From Harriotta raleighana (Eukaryota): a stretch of 64,000 bases of DNA. The notes below the pieces were generated by a model. That model was not told the DNA's origin. It saw nothing but the letters and a program-made list of their open reading frames with translations, and did not search any database. The number at the start of each line of letters is the position of its first letter. Positions within the stretch are counted from its first letter, which is position 1. Shown here piece after piece: positions 38,557 to 51,034 of this stretch. The DNA is taken from the NCBI GenBank assembly GCA_050575255.1, contig JBNZDD010013689.1, positions 4,857,175 to 4,921,174 on the forward strand. Direction: 5' to 3'. The translations under genes and the position numbers were made by a program.

Positions 38557-39541
38557 TTAGCAGCTGAGAGGGAGCTGATTGTATTGGCAGCGGGAAGCAT
38601 CTGCACAGCAATCTTTTTTAAAAGAGTTTTGCTGGTTACACAGGAATTGTTGTAATATCTGTAAAATGTAATGCTACACAACACAATTTCTAAAACATCT
38701 CTTCTATAACCTACCCTCTCTGAGCAAGCACTCTGGCACTGTACCCTGCCTGACTATATAAATGCAAGTTGTTGTTGCTCTTTTTGATTATTTCTTTCCC
38801 AGTGTTTTAGGACATGTAATTTTGTTGTTGTTGTTTGCTTAGGAACTCTCAAACATATGTTTCTATTAAGAGTTCATTTATTAGTCATACTTGTATTGCA
38901 TATATGTATTGTATCCACTATATCCAGTTAATCCAGAAGTCTGCCACCTGCATAATCACCAAAAGATCCATTTCAATGGTTTTCAACCACTCGCAAATCA
39001 AATCATTTCATGCTCTGGCACCTTTCCCTCTCTGACCCTCTTAATCTCCAAACCACTATCCTTTGACTCTGCTCGACTGGTCCCGGCCTCCTGCATGGCC
39101 CTCGTATCCTCCATTTGCACTTTTAGTTACTTATGCCCCAAAACACAGGAACTCTTCCTTTAGGCCTACACTCTGCCCCCTCCTTAGGTCTTCCTGTAGA
39201 TCTTCCTCTTTGACCGCACTCATGAACATCCCTGGCTTGGCATCAGGCTGTGTATTCTGAGATGCTACCCTGTATCAGGGAGCTGTACAAGTGCAAGCTC
39301 TTGCTGTTTTACAGTATTTTACCAGATGAGCCTTGCCCTCAGGGACTTGCAAAACCAGAAGACTTAAAACAGTAAGATGGGCCTTTGCACATTAAGCTGA
39401 CATATGTTCTAGTAAGAAGATGAACCAGACCAGTTCAACCACTTCTTTACCAATATTAGCTACAATGCTCAAAATCACAATGTTGATACACAAAGGCCAT
39501 GAGGTTGTAAACTAGTGAAGTCTCCACTCTACATTCCCAAT

Positions 39542-39600
39542 CCATATACAGTGCTCCAAAACCATCTTTGAGCCATATACAGTGCTCCAAAACCACTCTC
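39542..39600 (+). repeat. Short tandem duplication CCATATACAGTGCTCCAAAACCA x2
   Basis: Direct repeat visible in sequence. Confidence 0.75.
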
Positions 39601-40249
39601 AAGGCAAGTACTGTTGCTACTGGAGCTGTAGTAAAAACCCAGAAATATCGCACAAGAGAAAACACCGAGACAAATAATTCTATATAAATGAACAACTGAA
39701 CTGTTTCTACAGCTACAGAACCTGCCATCATGTGACGAAATTCAAACAACTAAACACAACTACAAGGAGATAGCAAACTAAAATTTAGCAATATCTATCA
39801 GTTTCATGTCCAACCCTGGATGTAAAAGGTTAAAATAAAGGACATTCTTCTCTCATTATTTGCAGTTTTCAACTGAAGTAATAAAGTGAGGGATATTGAA
39901 AACTGCTGAAATGACCAACAAGGCAATCAATCGGAGGGTGGGATCTATATATAAAATCTGATTCAGCGCATATAGAGCAGATGTCAGGAAATTACAGCAT
40001 CATAAAAAGTAATCTCATCAAGAGGGCAACCGTAAATCCTCAGCATTGCAACCGACTACCCACAAAAGAAACAATGAATTAAAAATCCTTCTCTTTGACC
40101 TTGTCTTTTTTTCAGTATCTCAACAAAACTCAATTACACAAAACAGCAGGACTGTCCTAGCTCAACCTCTGAAATAGAGAAAGCTTCTCTTGGTGAAATT
40201 TATGCCACTGGAATTTATTGAAAATAAACCACAACAAAATTACATTTTC

Positions 40250-41550
40250 ACATCAGGAGGACAAGACGCTGAATAGTCAGATGAATCAAGTGTAGGGGAG
40301 CAGGGTTGGGATGAGGGAGGGCAGAGGAGCTAGGAGAGCAGATGAAGGCACAGTTTAACAGGAGTGTCTTAAGTCGAGGTGATGATTGAGCGTATGAGGG
40401 TTTTGGCGGCCTGAGGGGTGAGGCAGTGGCAGAGTTGGGCAATGTTGCAGAGGTGGGGGAAGGCAGAGCAGGTTATGGCACAGAGATGGGGGAGAAAGAA
40501 CAGTTGAGGATCGAATAAGGTGCTCAAGTTCCTGACTGGCTTAGTGAGATGAATGTTCATGCACTGAGGTGTGGAGGTGCTGGGGCAAGCCAATCAGGAG
40601 GACCTCAGACGTACTGACATTCAGCTCTAGAAAGTTGTCTCTTATGCAGGTCTTAAACAGCAAGTTTGTCAGGACGTCAGTAGTCCTGGAATCAAAGGTG
40701 AAGAGGTAAGATTTGATTGTCATCTGTGTGGAATTTGATCCCATGTCTGCAAATGATATCACCAAAGGGGAGCACATAGAGGTTGAAGACGAGGGGACTG
40801 AGGACACAACCCTAAAGAACACCACATAAGACTGTGCAGGTGCTAGAAGAGAAAATGCTGGCTGAGTCACATTGGAGTTAGTGAGAGATAAGATCTGATC
40901 CATTCTTGCAAGGACAGAACCTTGAAGGTTGGGATGAGAGGAGAGGTGGTAGAGGAGGATGGAATGAAGTCAGGTAACAAGAATTGTTTCATGGACCTTT
41001 GAAAGAAGAGGGAGGTTGGAGATGGGCAGGCAGTTAGAAAATATGGATGGGAATTTTTTTTTTTGATGGAGTGATCATAGTTGTTTCTAGGGAAATAGGA
41101 ACAGAGCCAGGTGATAGGGAGAGATTGATGGTGTCAGAGTAGAGGAGTGAGGAGGCCGGTAAGGAGAATGATAGGGATGGAATCAAGGGAGCAGGTAGTG
41201 TGTTTCATGCAGGATATGGTGGTGATGAGAGAGGCAGGAGAGACAGGTTTCAAGGAGTGGAGGGATGGGTAGGTGTCAACAACAACATTGATTTATATAG
41301 CGCCCTCCTCGCCAGACGGTGCCTCAGAGCGCTTCACAATAACAGATCCTGGGCCCGAGTCAGGGGGAAAAGGTGACCGAAGGCACGGTTAAAAAGAAAG
41401 GAGACTTGAAAGCAAGATTGAGGATCTTGAAATCGATCCTCTCCGGAACAGGGAGCCAGTGAAGTCTGGCAAGAACTGGGGAAATTTGGGGTCAGACTGC
41501 AGTAAGTGGATGAGGAGGGAGTGGCGATTGGGAAGGCAGAGGAAGCTAAA
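40250..41550 (-). mobile_element. L2-clade LINE fragments (RT region plus a separate 3' end)
   Basis: DNFLELNVSTSEVLLIG; KPVRNL...FDPQL; tail at 41278-41335. Confidence 0.78.
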
Positions 41551-42399
41551 TAGATCCCCTTGATTTTGGGCTCCAGGAAATCCACCACTATCTCACAGTC
41601 GGAACTTGGGTATTAAAATAAAATTAAAAACTGCTGGAAAACGTAAAACAACGTAGAAATCTACTGCAAATGAATCAATGTTTGACAGACAGATTCTTAT
41701 ATGGGACAGAGGAGACAAGCTAAAAAAATGCTCAAAATATCAAAAAGAGCTAGTTAATGACCAGTTTACAGGTTCAGCTTTTAAATTAGAATTTCACATC
41801 ATCTTACTTCTATAACTACCTCAGTCTCACCCCCTCTCTCTATTAAAATCTGGTACAAACATACCACTTTGACAAAACCAATGGTACTTCCCCCACTGCT
41901 AAACCTATCTTTGAAGTGTCTCGAAACATTATCCTCCATGAAGGGCACGCAATATAAATGCACATTGTTTTAAAATCAGTCCAACAAATTTGTGACTAAT
42001 TGTTACTCCAAATTCAAATAAATTTGTAACCACATTGTACTTAAGCTGGCGACAGTTACACTTGATAATAATAAATCAGAAACTGAACTGGGGAAAGAAG
42101 AGACGGAATTTATGGAACCCCTTGATAAAAATGAAGAATACATTTATTCAAGAGGAAGGAACCTTTGATTAAGATGATTTAACTAAAGATCAACATTTAT
42201 TTTGCCGCAAGGTGAAGCCTGAAAACAATGGCAGCCACTTGTTACAAAAGCATTTAACTTTAATAATTGTTAAATGTAACAATGATTAATTACCCATCAC
42301 AAATGCCATAGGATTCAGTGAAATTAAACTTCATTCACACAGAAGTCAGAGAGTGATTTTTAAAAAAAAAATTGAAATGGGCAAATATGAGAGATAAGA

Positions 42400-42890
42400 C
42401 AATCCCTGGCATTTGACATAGTATCTCGATCATAATGACTGTAAAGTGCTTTCGGTGTTCGCCTATTTTGTGGACAGCAACCCTGAGACTTCAGCAAGTC
42501 CCAAAGTGGGTCTTGAACACACCTGAACACAGGAACTACCTCATTATTTGTGCAGCCAGCAGGTGTAGGCAAATGCAGCAGCGAATGTGCACAGCAACGC
42601 CCCACAGATGGTCATGAAGTGACTGGAGCGGGTTTATTCCTAATTTAGGGTATTGTTGGCCAGGACACAAGGGAGAAACTCACTTCTTTTTTCGAATGGA
42701 GCCACAGGATCTTTAACGTCCATCACAGACAGACAGACAGAGAGAGAGACAGACAGGGATCTCTGTTTAATATTTCATCCGAAGGACGGCACCGTTGACA
42801 ACTCGGCGCTCCCCCAGCACTGCACTGGAGGGTCCGCTAAACTGTGCGAGTTCAAACGCTCAAACCCACAGCCTCCCGACCCAGAGAGAC
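42400..42890 (-). mobile_element. Older Deu-domain SINE (AmnSINE1/SacSINE1-like); related decayed copies near 9870, 17390, 31030, 32430, 45500
   Basis: GGATCTTTAACGTCCA and TCATCCGAAGGACGGCAC...GCACTGCACTG segments are typical of the Deu domain (recalled, not searched). Confidence 0.65.
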
Positions 42891-42949
42891 AACAAGGTCC
42901 GGATGAAGAAACGTGGAGTAAAACACTGAGAATGGAAATAGAGATAAAG

Positions 42950-43520
42950 GAGTGAAAACCGGATGAAGCAGTTACTGACAGGTCGCTGGGGGGAGGGGAG
43001 ACGAGGGCCTCTTCCGCCCACACTCGGACGTTTAGCTTTAAAACAGAAAACTCTTATCTTTAAACAGAAACACCCACCTCACTGGCGGCGAGAGGACAAC
43101 TCCAGGCCGCAGCTGCCGCTCCTCAGCTCCGCTCTGACTCTCATGCTGAGTTGCGCTGTCACTGCCCAGGAGTGTCGTAATGACATCAAGCGTCATCAGT
43201 ACCCGAATCTCTGGCCGGCTCCTTGCTAACCCGCTGTCCTTCGTCATCACCTAGCGACCGCCTCCCCCACGCTATTCTCGAGTGCTGGCAAAAGCAAACC
43301 AAACTGCAGCGCTCGCCCCCTCCCGGCGGCAGACCATAATTACACTTCACACAGGGCTTTATGAATCAACCTCTGGGGAGGTTGTTAACGTGGGAATGCG
43401 GAGGCTGCTGCAAAGGACTGTTAACTGCAAACCCCACCCCCCCCCTCCCTCCCCTTCGCCTGACCAAAGTGGTTCCGTTTCTAGGGCAAACATCAGCGCA
43501 CGGCCCTTTGGATACGTTAA
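42950..43520. promoter_or_regulatory. Second CpG-rich island in TRAK2 intron 1 (candidate alternative promoter)
   Basis: CpG-dense non-repeat block; CRE-like TGACATCA 43181-43188; CGTCA half-sites at 43191 and 43242; - strand donor GAG|GTGGGT at 43077. Confidence 0.55.
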
Positions 43521-44117
43521 TAATTATTGTATTTTATGCAGAGCCTAAAATAATAATTGCATCTAATACAGAGTCTTTTACGTCAGGAGGGATTTACTGG
43601 TTTACAATCATGGATTTTATTGCCTGAAGTAAATTCAGCAACAAACTTGTATTTATATAACCCCCGCCCCATGTGGGTGTTGTCTCGGAACAACAAAGGG
43701 AATCAATCAAATGTAATTAATAGTATTCTCAAAATAATAATAATCCTTGCATTTTGATATAGTGCAATTTGAGTGTGTGTGCGCATATTTTTTTTTAAAA
43801 AGGTTTGTTTTCAGAATAACTTTCATTTATATAGCTCTTTTCCTACAGGATAGGGTGATGCAAGATCAGCCCAGGCCATTTCTGTCAGGGTAATATTCCA
43901 GGGAAGCAAAGTATTGTCTTGTTTGCGAAATGCATCCTCATGGTTCAGTGTTGAGCAATCAAAGGTTTGACTGCGTTTTACTCATTAGACAAAGGTAATG
44001 GTGGAAATGAATTATCCACTTCACTCATAGACCTACAGGTATCAATGGGCAGATAAGCCATTTGGGGTTTAAAAACATATTAATTCACACAATAGACATG
44101 GAAGGGTAATGAAAACG

Positions 44118-44627
44118 CAAAATACTGCACATGCTGGAAATCAGAAACAAAACCAGAAATTGCTGGGAACACTCAGCAGGTCATGAGCGCTGTTCCAATG
44201 AACCGCAGCGCAACCTCGATAAACAGCATCGTATCCATCTGCTAGAGACTTTACAGCCGTCTGGCCTTAATATTGATTTCAATAATTTGAGGCCACAACA
44301 GCTCATCTCCCCTCTCTTCTGCGACCATCTATTCTTTGGCAATTTCACCCTTTGTTTTAACATTATTGGCACCTCTTCTCTTCAGTTTTGCTGTGATTTC
44401 CCCCTTTTGTTTCACAACATGAACATCAACATTAACACCTCTTTAACCCATCATCTCCTGCCCTCTACCCCATTTTCTCCTTTGTCTTCCTTGCCCTCTC
44501 TGTTAATCCTTGAAAGCCTCTCCCCCCAACATGCCCCAGTCCTGACGAAGGACCCGAAACATTGACTCACTTTTCCATTCTCCACAGATGCTGCCTGACC
44601 TGCTGAGTGTTCTGCTTTTGTTTCAGC
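44118..44627 (+). mobile_element. Penelope-like retroelement remnant (GIY-YIG C-terminus plus inverted terminal segment)
   Basis: Peptide QRNLDKQHRIHLLETLQPSGLNIDFNN resembles the PLE endonuclease C-terminus; perfect 17-bp inverted repeat 44167-44183/44596-44612. Confidence 0.7.
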
Positions 44628-45079
44628 CATGGAAGGGTCACTGGTTGATTTTCTCCCTTGCCCTCCTCGGCATAAATATGCTGATGCCAATTTGAGTAAT
44701 TTAGACTACAGAGCTGAGGTTGCTTTAATGGCTTATTCATTAAAGACTATTGATAGAAATGAATGTTTTGTTACATCAAGGAGGGTTGATGGTTTTATCC
44801 AGGAAATGGCTGAGAATAGTCATTGAGTCCATTGGTGTATTGGAATTAAATTAACATCTATACAATGGAATGATGCAATCACTGCAAGTGCTGTTTCAAC
44901 AATAGTTTTTAACTTTTTCACCATTAGATTAATTCATTAACATTAGATTAATTCCATGTGAATTTAACTGTTTTGGTTCTGACTTTATTCACCTACAAAA
45001 TACAATCACTATAATAATCCTTGCATTTGATATAGCGCCTTGTCCCATTGTTAAGACATGATTATTATTATTTGTAGAC

Positions 45080-45374
45080 GCCTATAGCTCAGTGGTTAGA
45101 GCACTCGCCTTGCAAGCAAGAGACCTAGATTCGATACTAGGTAGGGCGAAACCTTGGACAAGTTTCCTTTCTCCATATTGCCTCATAATAAACCCTCAAA
45201 AAAATACTAATAATAAATTGGTCATTTCAATCCACAATTGTTAGTGGGACAATTGCTGTGTGCAATTGGCTGCCGCATTTCCCCAACAAAATACAGTCAA
45301 TTCACTTTACAGTGTATTCTGTGAAGCACTTTGAGACATCTAGAAGATGTGAAAAGCTCAAAGATTATTATTAT
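45080..45374 (+). mobile_element. tRNA-derived SINE, full length
   Basis: Same family. Confidence 0.9.
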
Positions 45375-47059
45375 GATAGAATCATAGAATTATACGGCAC
45401 AGCAGGGTGCGGAATCGGATACTCAATCATATCTGTGTCGATTCTTTGAAAAGAGCTATTCAAATTAATCCTACTCACCTGTCTGTTATTGTTGTTGTGG
45501 CAGTACTTGTATCTTTGGAGATGCCATCCTTCAGATAGATATTAAACTGAGGTCCTGACTATCCGATCCAATGGCACCAATTGAGTAAGTACAGGAGTTT
45601 CTCCTGGTGCCCTGACCAACAATTCCCCAAATAAAATTAGTAATTCTATTTGTGGGCATTGCCATATGCAAATTTACCACCATGCTTGCCTACAAAATGT
45701 TCACTGTCACCGCACTTCATATTAAACTTATATTTAAAAAATCCATTATAAAGGTTAATTAAATGTGAATAGGGCAGGGTGAAATATTGGACGTTTCCTT
45801 ACTACACACCCCTCTTTACCTTGCAATAAGTAGGAACCTGTTTGTTGATTGATTGGTGGATTGCTTTTCCGAGGGTAATAATCCCGTCCCCCCAAAAAAT
45901 GTGTGCCATTGGCTGCCATGCTTTGCCCACAAAAATATACAGTCAATTTACTTTATAGTATATTCTGTGAAACACTTTGAGACATCTAGTAAGGCACTAT
46001 ATCAAATTTATTATAAACATCTGTGAAACATATCTCACAGATTATGAGACATTCTGCTGAGATTATAAGGGTCTATACCAAAAGCAAGGATCATTAATTA
46101 TTTTTATTGTATAGCTGCCCTCTGGTGGAAATTCTGGTAAATGAAGTATTGAATAGCGGGTAATCAGATTTCAACGGTCAAAGTGTGGTATCAATATTAA
46201 GGGCCAGATATAGACACTCCCTGATCTGTGCTGAGACATCTGAATTCATCTTGTTTTTTGGTCAGCCTGGTGTCAGAAACCCATCACCATGCTTAAAAGT
46301 ATCCAAATGAAACTGAGATTTTCAAGTGTCCCACCTACACCTGGACATTTCAGATACATTATTGGAATGGAAAGCAAACTCTCTCCTGGAAGGGATGCAT
46401 CTTGCTTACCTAATTCTGGAAAGTATTAGACACAGGTTGGCAAAAGCCAAGGCTTGGGGATCTCAGAGAGTGCGTTGGGGGTGCTGCTGGCACCTAACCA
46501 GCTAAAACTGCATAGCTTGACATTGACATCACTGAGCTCAGCTGGTGTGGTGGTGGGGACATAGCAGTTGCCCTCAATATTCATGGGTTAGAGAATAAAA
46601 ATAAAATCGGCCAGGGGTCACTTTCCTGATCGACAATCTAATGACTCCCATTGTCGGAGCCTGCGCATGAGTGTGTCAAATAGGCTAGAACCTGATAAAC
46701 ATATTGTTTAGCATTCACAGAATAGAAACATGAACTTGCAGACTGCCTGGAAGAACAGGACATAGCAACATAACAGAAACAAGAAGTGGTCATTCAACCT
46801 ACTGAGCCTATTGTACAAGATCACAAGATTGAACTGGATGAAAAAGAGCTTTCAATTCATCCAATATCATCCTTCCAAAAAACCCAGCCTACCGTCCCTC
46901 CATTACAACATTAAACTGCACTTGTTTATTAGATTTTATCAGATTTTTCAAACGCAAAGCCTCACCCTTTATTCCTCTACTACCCATGTATCTGAAGTCC
47001 TCACCTAACAGGCAAGAGACCTGGGTTCTGGGTTCTTTTCCCGGCAGAGTGAATTGTTA

Positions 47060-47364
47060 ATAATTAATAATCCTTCCATTTAATATAATGCATCTTCTTG
47101 ATGTCTCAACAGCGCTTCACAGAATATATTGTAAAGTGTATTGACTGTGTATTGGTGGGCGAAATGCGGTAGCCATTTGCACACAGCAGTGTCCCACAAA
47201 CAGTCATAGATTGAAATGACCAATTTATTATTGTTTTATTCTTGATTTCTTATTATCAGGCATGTGGAGTAAGGAAACCTGCTTAAAGTTTTGCCCTGCC
47301 TGGAATTGAACCCAAATTTCTCGCTTATAAGGCGAATGCTCTAACCACTGAGCTACAGGACTCT
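47060..47364 (-). mobile_element. tRNA-derived SINE, full length, nested in a + strand copy
   Basis: Same family; host head fragment about 46995-47053, host body 47366-47645. Confidence 0.85.
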
Positions 47365-47990
47365 GCCAGTTTCTTTACTTCACATGCCTACATTTACCAA
47401 GCAGTAAGTAGGAATCCAGTTGTTAGTTGATTGGTGGATTGCTTTTCTGAGGATAATAATCCTTGAAAAAAACAATAATTTGACCACTCAATCCATGACT
47501 GTTTGTAGGTCACTGCTGCATGCAATTGACTGCTGCGTTTCACCCACAAAAACAGCCAATTTACTTTGGAGTATATTCTGTAAAGCGCTTTGAGATGTCT
47601 ACAGGACATGAAAAGCCCTATATCAAATGCAAGGATTATTATTACTTGTCTATTTTTCTTATAAAATTCCTTATTAATTCCTCCTCCACACTTTTCTTGG
47701 ACACATATCTTTACAACCGTTTGTGTGAAGAAACGCTTCCTGCCCTGGCTTTAATTTTAAGAAAGGCTTTTTTCAACTCTGCCGTTGTCCAAATTTTATT
47801 TACTATCTTGGACCGCAAAGCCGGCTTTCTGCAAGTTTTACTATAACTGAGCTGCAATAACAACCCTTGCATTTGATATCGCCATAGCATGTCATCGAGA
47901 CGTCTCAAAGCGCTTTACAGTTAAGAGGTGAGATTGTGGTGTTTTGTCGCAAACTAATTGAAATGGAGGATTGTGAGAACTCCCTCTTCA

Positions 47991-47998
47991 TGACGTCA
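47991..47998. promoter_or_regulatory. Full palindromic CRE (TGACGTCA)
   Basis: Exact motif about 0.9 kb from the bidirectional promoter; function unproven. Confidence 0.3.
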
Positions 47999-48931
47999 CA
48001 AGGGTGGTGGACGATCCCCTTAAACTGTCCTCTCAGCGGCTGCCTTCGCTGGAAAAGGGTTGGTTGTCCAGAACAATGTGAAAGCCACGAATGTAATTTT
48101 GTTATTGTTGTTTGCGGTATCTTCTGTGAAACGTCTTTGAGATGCCTAAAAGAGGTGAAAAGCGCGATAGCAAATGCAAGGATTATTATTGCAGTATTTT
48201 ACATCAAGCTGTTCTTTAGATCATACCAGGCCATTGCTGGGACGCTGTTCGCTGTTCAATCTGCTGCCGTGTTCATTGCAAACAAACCTGACAGTAAAGA
48301 GGCGCTTGGAGAAGTTTTGATGTCAGTTTTGATTATCATTATACAAATCATACAATTTACATTTTATATACTGCAGCACCCATCGTGTTGGGAGGATGTC
48401 CCAAAGCGCTTTCAAATTCCTTTCAGCTATTTCGTGATTCTCGTTTTACCTTTTTGTGTTTAAAAAGGAATAAAGCAATTCATAATATAATAATAATAAT
48501 CCTTGCATTTGACACAGCGCTTTTCACATCTTATCAACGTCCCAAAGCGCTTCACAGAATATACTGTAAAGTGAACGGACTGTATATTTGTGGGCGGAAT
48601 GGGATGGCCTTTCACTGTGACACGGCGGGATACCAAATATACAAGCACAAGGGGAGTTTCTCTCCTCTCCCTCTGCTCCTTGTTGTCGTGTCACTGGCAG
48701 AAGCCTCCCCCGCCTTCACCCGCCCCGGTTACTAGGCAACCAGAGCCACCCAACAGCGGAACCAAAACACCAGCGCACCGCCCGCTCTCCTCCCTCCCCC
48801 TCCCTCCCTCCCTCCCTCCCGGTGCACCCAAGTTTTCCCTCCGGCTCCAGTTTACTGCCGCAGAATAAATAGGATTAATACCGGGAGGCTGGGCTATCGA
48901 GACCTTTGGGTGACTAAGATAAGCGGCTCAC

Positions 48932-49010
48932 TCGCCGGCGGGTTTGTTTGTGATCAAATCCCACGGGGGGAGAGGGCGGGGGAGTGAGAGGGAGGGAGTG
49001 ACAGCAGCTG
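48932..49010 (-). other. TRAK2: Probable TRAK2 non-coding first exon (5' end approximate)
   Basis: Donor GA|GTGAGC at 48931 inside the CpG island. Confidence 0.5.
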
Positions 49011-49019
49011 CTGGCGCCG

Positions 49020-49076
49020 GGCGCTGGTTCCGGGCAGTAAGATGGCGGCCCCCTGAGAAGAAGGATTCCGGCGAAG
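49020..49076 (+). other. STRADB: Probable STRADB non-coding first exon (5' end approximate)
   Basis: YY1 motif then donor AAG|GTGAGG at 49077; alternative donors near 49283 and 49351 are possible. Confidence 0.5.
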
Positions 49077-50601
49077 GTGAGGGAGAGACACACGCGCGGT
49101 CTAATGAGAGGGGAGAATCAGCGACACGGTTCCTCCCCCCCCCGAGGCCGGGAAAGCGAGAGAAAAGCCGCCCTCGCTTGTTGCCAACTAATGCCCCGAC
49201 CCNGGGCCCGGCGCCCAGTCATGGAGTTCCACAGAGCGGGGTCGAACGGCTGAAAGAAGCTCGTCCTCCCGCGGTGGGGCAGGTGGGGGTATGGACGAGG
49301 CCGGCGTGTCCCTGATCAGAGGGAATAGCTGGGTCAGTCGGGTTGCGGGAGGTAACGTGGTGATGAGACTTGTGGGTGGATTTGAACAGGAAGGCGAGGG
49401 TCCTGGATTCAAATTGCTTGGGGGAGTGGGGGGGGGGGAGCTTGGAGCCAAGCGGGGATAGGGGTGATAGCCGGGCCGGGGTGGGAGGGGGGGGGCTGCG
49501 GGGTTTTGGATGGTCTGCAGCCGGTGTGTGGGGAGAACCTGGGAAATCCTGTGTGCAGGGCAACCAACCGAGTCTAATCTGGAAAGGCGATGAAGGGCTT
49601 TGATGTCTTGGGTAATGCTGTCATGTGGGAGGAGAGGGCTTTCCTTCACCCAAATCTCTGAACACAAACTGTCTAATACCACAAATTAGTTCATCGTCAA
49701 CAAAATTGCACTTGTAGAGCGTCTTTCACGTTGGGAGTACTTCCCAGACAGAACTCTGCAACAACAGCGTGCATTTAGCACACCCCCCCCACCATCCCTG
49801 GTAGCATCCCGGATTGCTCCTGTCTAAGGAGAGTATGTTACGGGGAGTACCTGGACAAAACAGGCTTTTAACTTTAAAAAAAAATTAACAGCTAAGGATG
49901 AAACATAGTCCAGCCTTGTAAAAGTATCCATTTATATAGATTGTACATCTTTTATGGCATAAAAGTCATAGGAACAGGATTTTTAAAATATATTTTTTAT
50001 TGCATGTAACAGGAATATCCTGTTTTGCCATTCTATTGGATCATGGCCGATCTGTAGCTCAACTTCAATTACCCGTCTCTGCCCCACATCCCTCGCTACT
50101 ATACCTCACAAACATCTATCCACCTCAGTCTTGAAAATTTGAATGAATCCAGCCTCCACAGTAAATCTATCCGCACCCTCTCCAGAGCAAATATCTATTT
50201 TGTGAGATGCAGTGCCCCAAATTGAACGCTGTATTGTTCATGAGGTCTTACCAAGGCACTATACAGTTGAAGCATCATTTCCTCTCCTTTATATTCCAGC
50301 CCTCCTGAGACATCCCATTAGCCTTTTTGATAACTTTTTGTATCTGTGAGCTTGTTTTTAATGATTTGTGTACATGGATACCCAAATCCCTTTGTTCTTG
50401 AATAATTTAGAAATTATTCTGTTTTGTCATTTTTGACTCAATAGCAGAGGACCTCACGCATCCCACCCCAACTCATTGAACTCATTGCCCACTCACTCTT
50501 AAGATGTCTAAATCCCTTTGTAACTTCCTATTCCCATCTAGACAATTTACTGTGTTTCCTAGCTTTGTTTCTTCGACAAATTTGGATTTAAACTCTATTG
50601 T

Positions 50602-51026
50602 GGAGTTCTGTAGCTCAGTGGTTAGAGCACTCGCCTTACAAGTGAGACACCTGGGTTTGATTCCGCCCACAAATATACAGTCAATTCACTTTACAGTATA
50701 TTCTGTGAAGCGCTTTGGGACGTCGATAAGATATGAAAAGCGCTGTATCAAATGCAAGGATTATTATTATTATTATTGATTTCAGGCAGGGTGAAACCTT
50801 GGGCAAGATTCCTTACTCTACCACATGCCTGATAATAATCCCTAATGAAACAAAAATTGTTGATTTCAATCCACGACAGTTTGTGGGACCCCTTTGTGCG
50901 CAATTGGCTGCCGCATTTTTGCCCACAAATATACATTCATTTCACTTTATAGTAAATTCTGTGAAGCGCTTTGAGATGACTAGAAAATGTGAAACGTGCT
51001 GTATCAAATGCAAGGTATGTTATTCT
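50602..51026 (+). mobile_element. SINE containing a 5'-truncated copy of the same SINE
   Basis: Head 50602-50662, insert 50663-50775, host continues from 50782; TTGATT duplicated. Confidence 0.85.
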
Positions 51027-51034
51027 TAATCAAT

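Larger units (their letters stand above)
48700..49510. promoter_or_regulatory. CpG-island bidirectional promoter TRAK2/STRADB
   Basis: GC/CpG-rich block between divergent genes; X-box-like GTTACTAGGCAAC 48728-48740; YY1-like AAGATGGCGGC 49039-49049; G-run tract 49420-49505. Confidence 0.8.

Noticed and set aside
47936-48463. 175-aa ORF
   Set aside because: Stitched from SINE and L2 tails (KSAIANARIII) and unique DNA; no coding signature.
48944-49682. ORFs of 114-164 aa in the CpG island
   Set aside because: Pro/Gly/Arg-rich reads expected from stop-poor GC-rich promoter DNA; no recognisable domain; contains an N.
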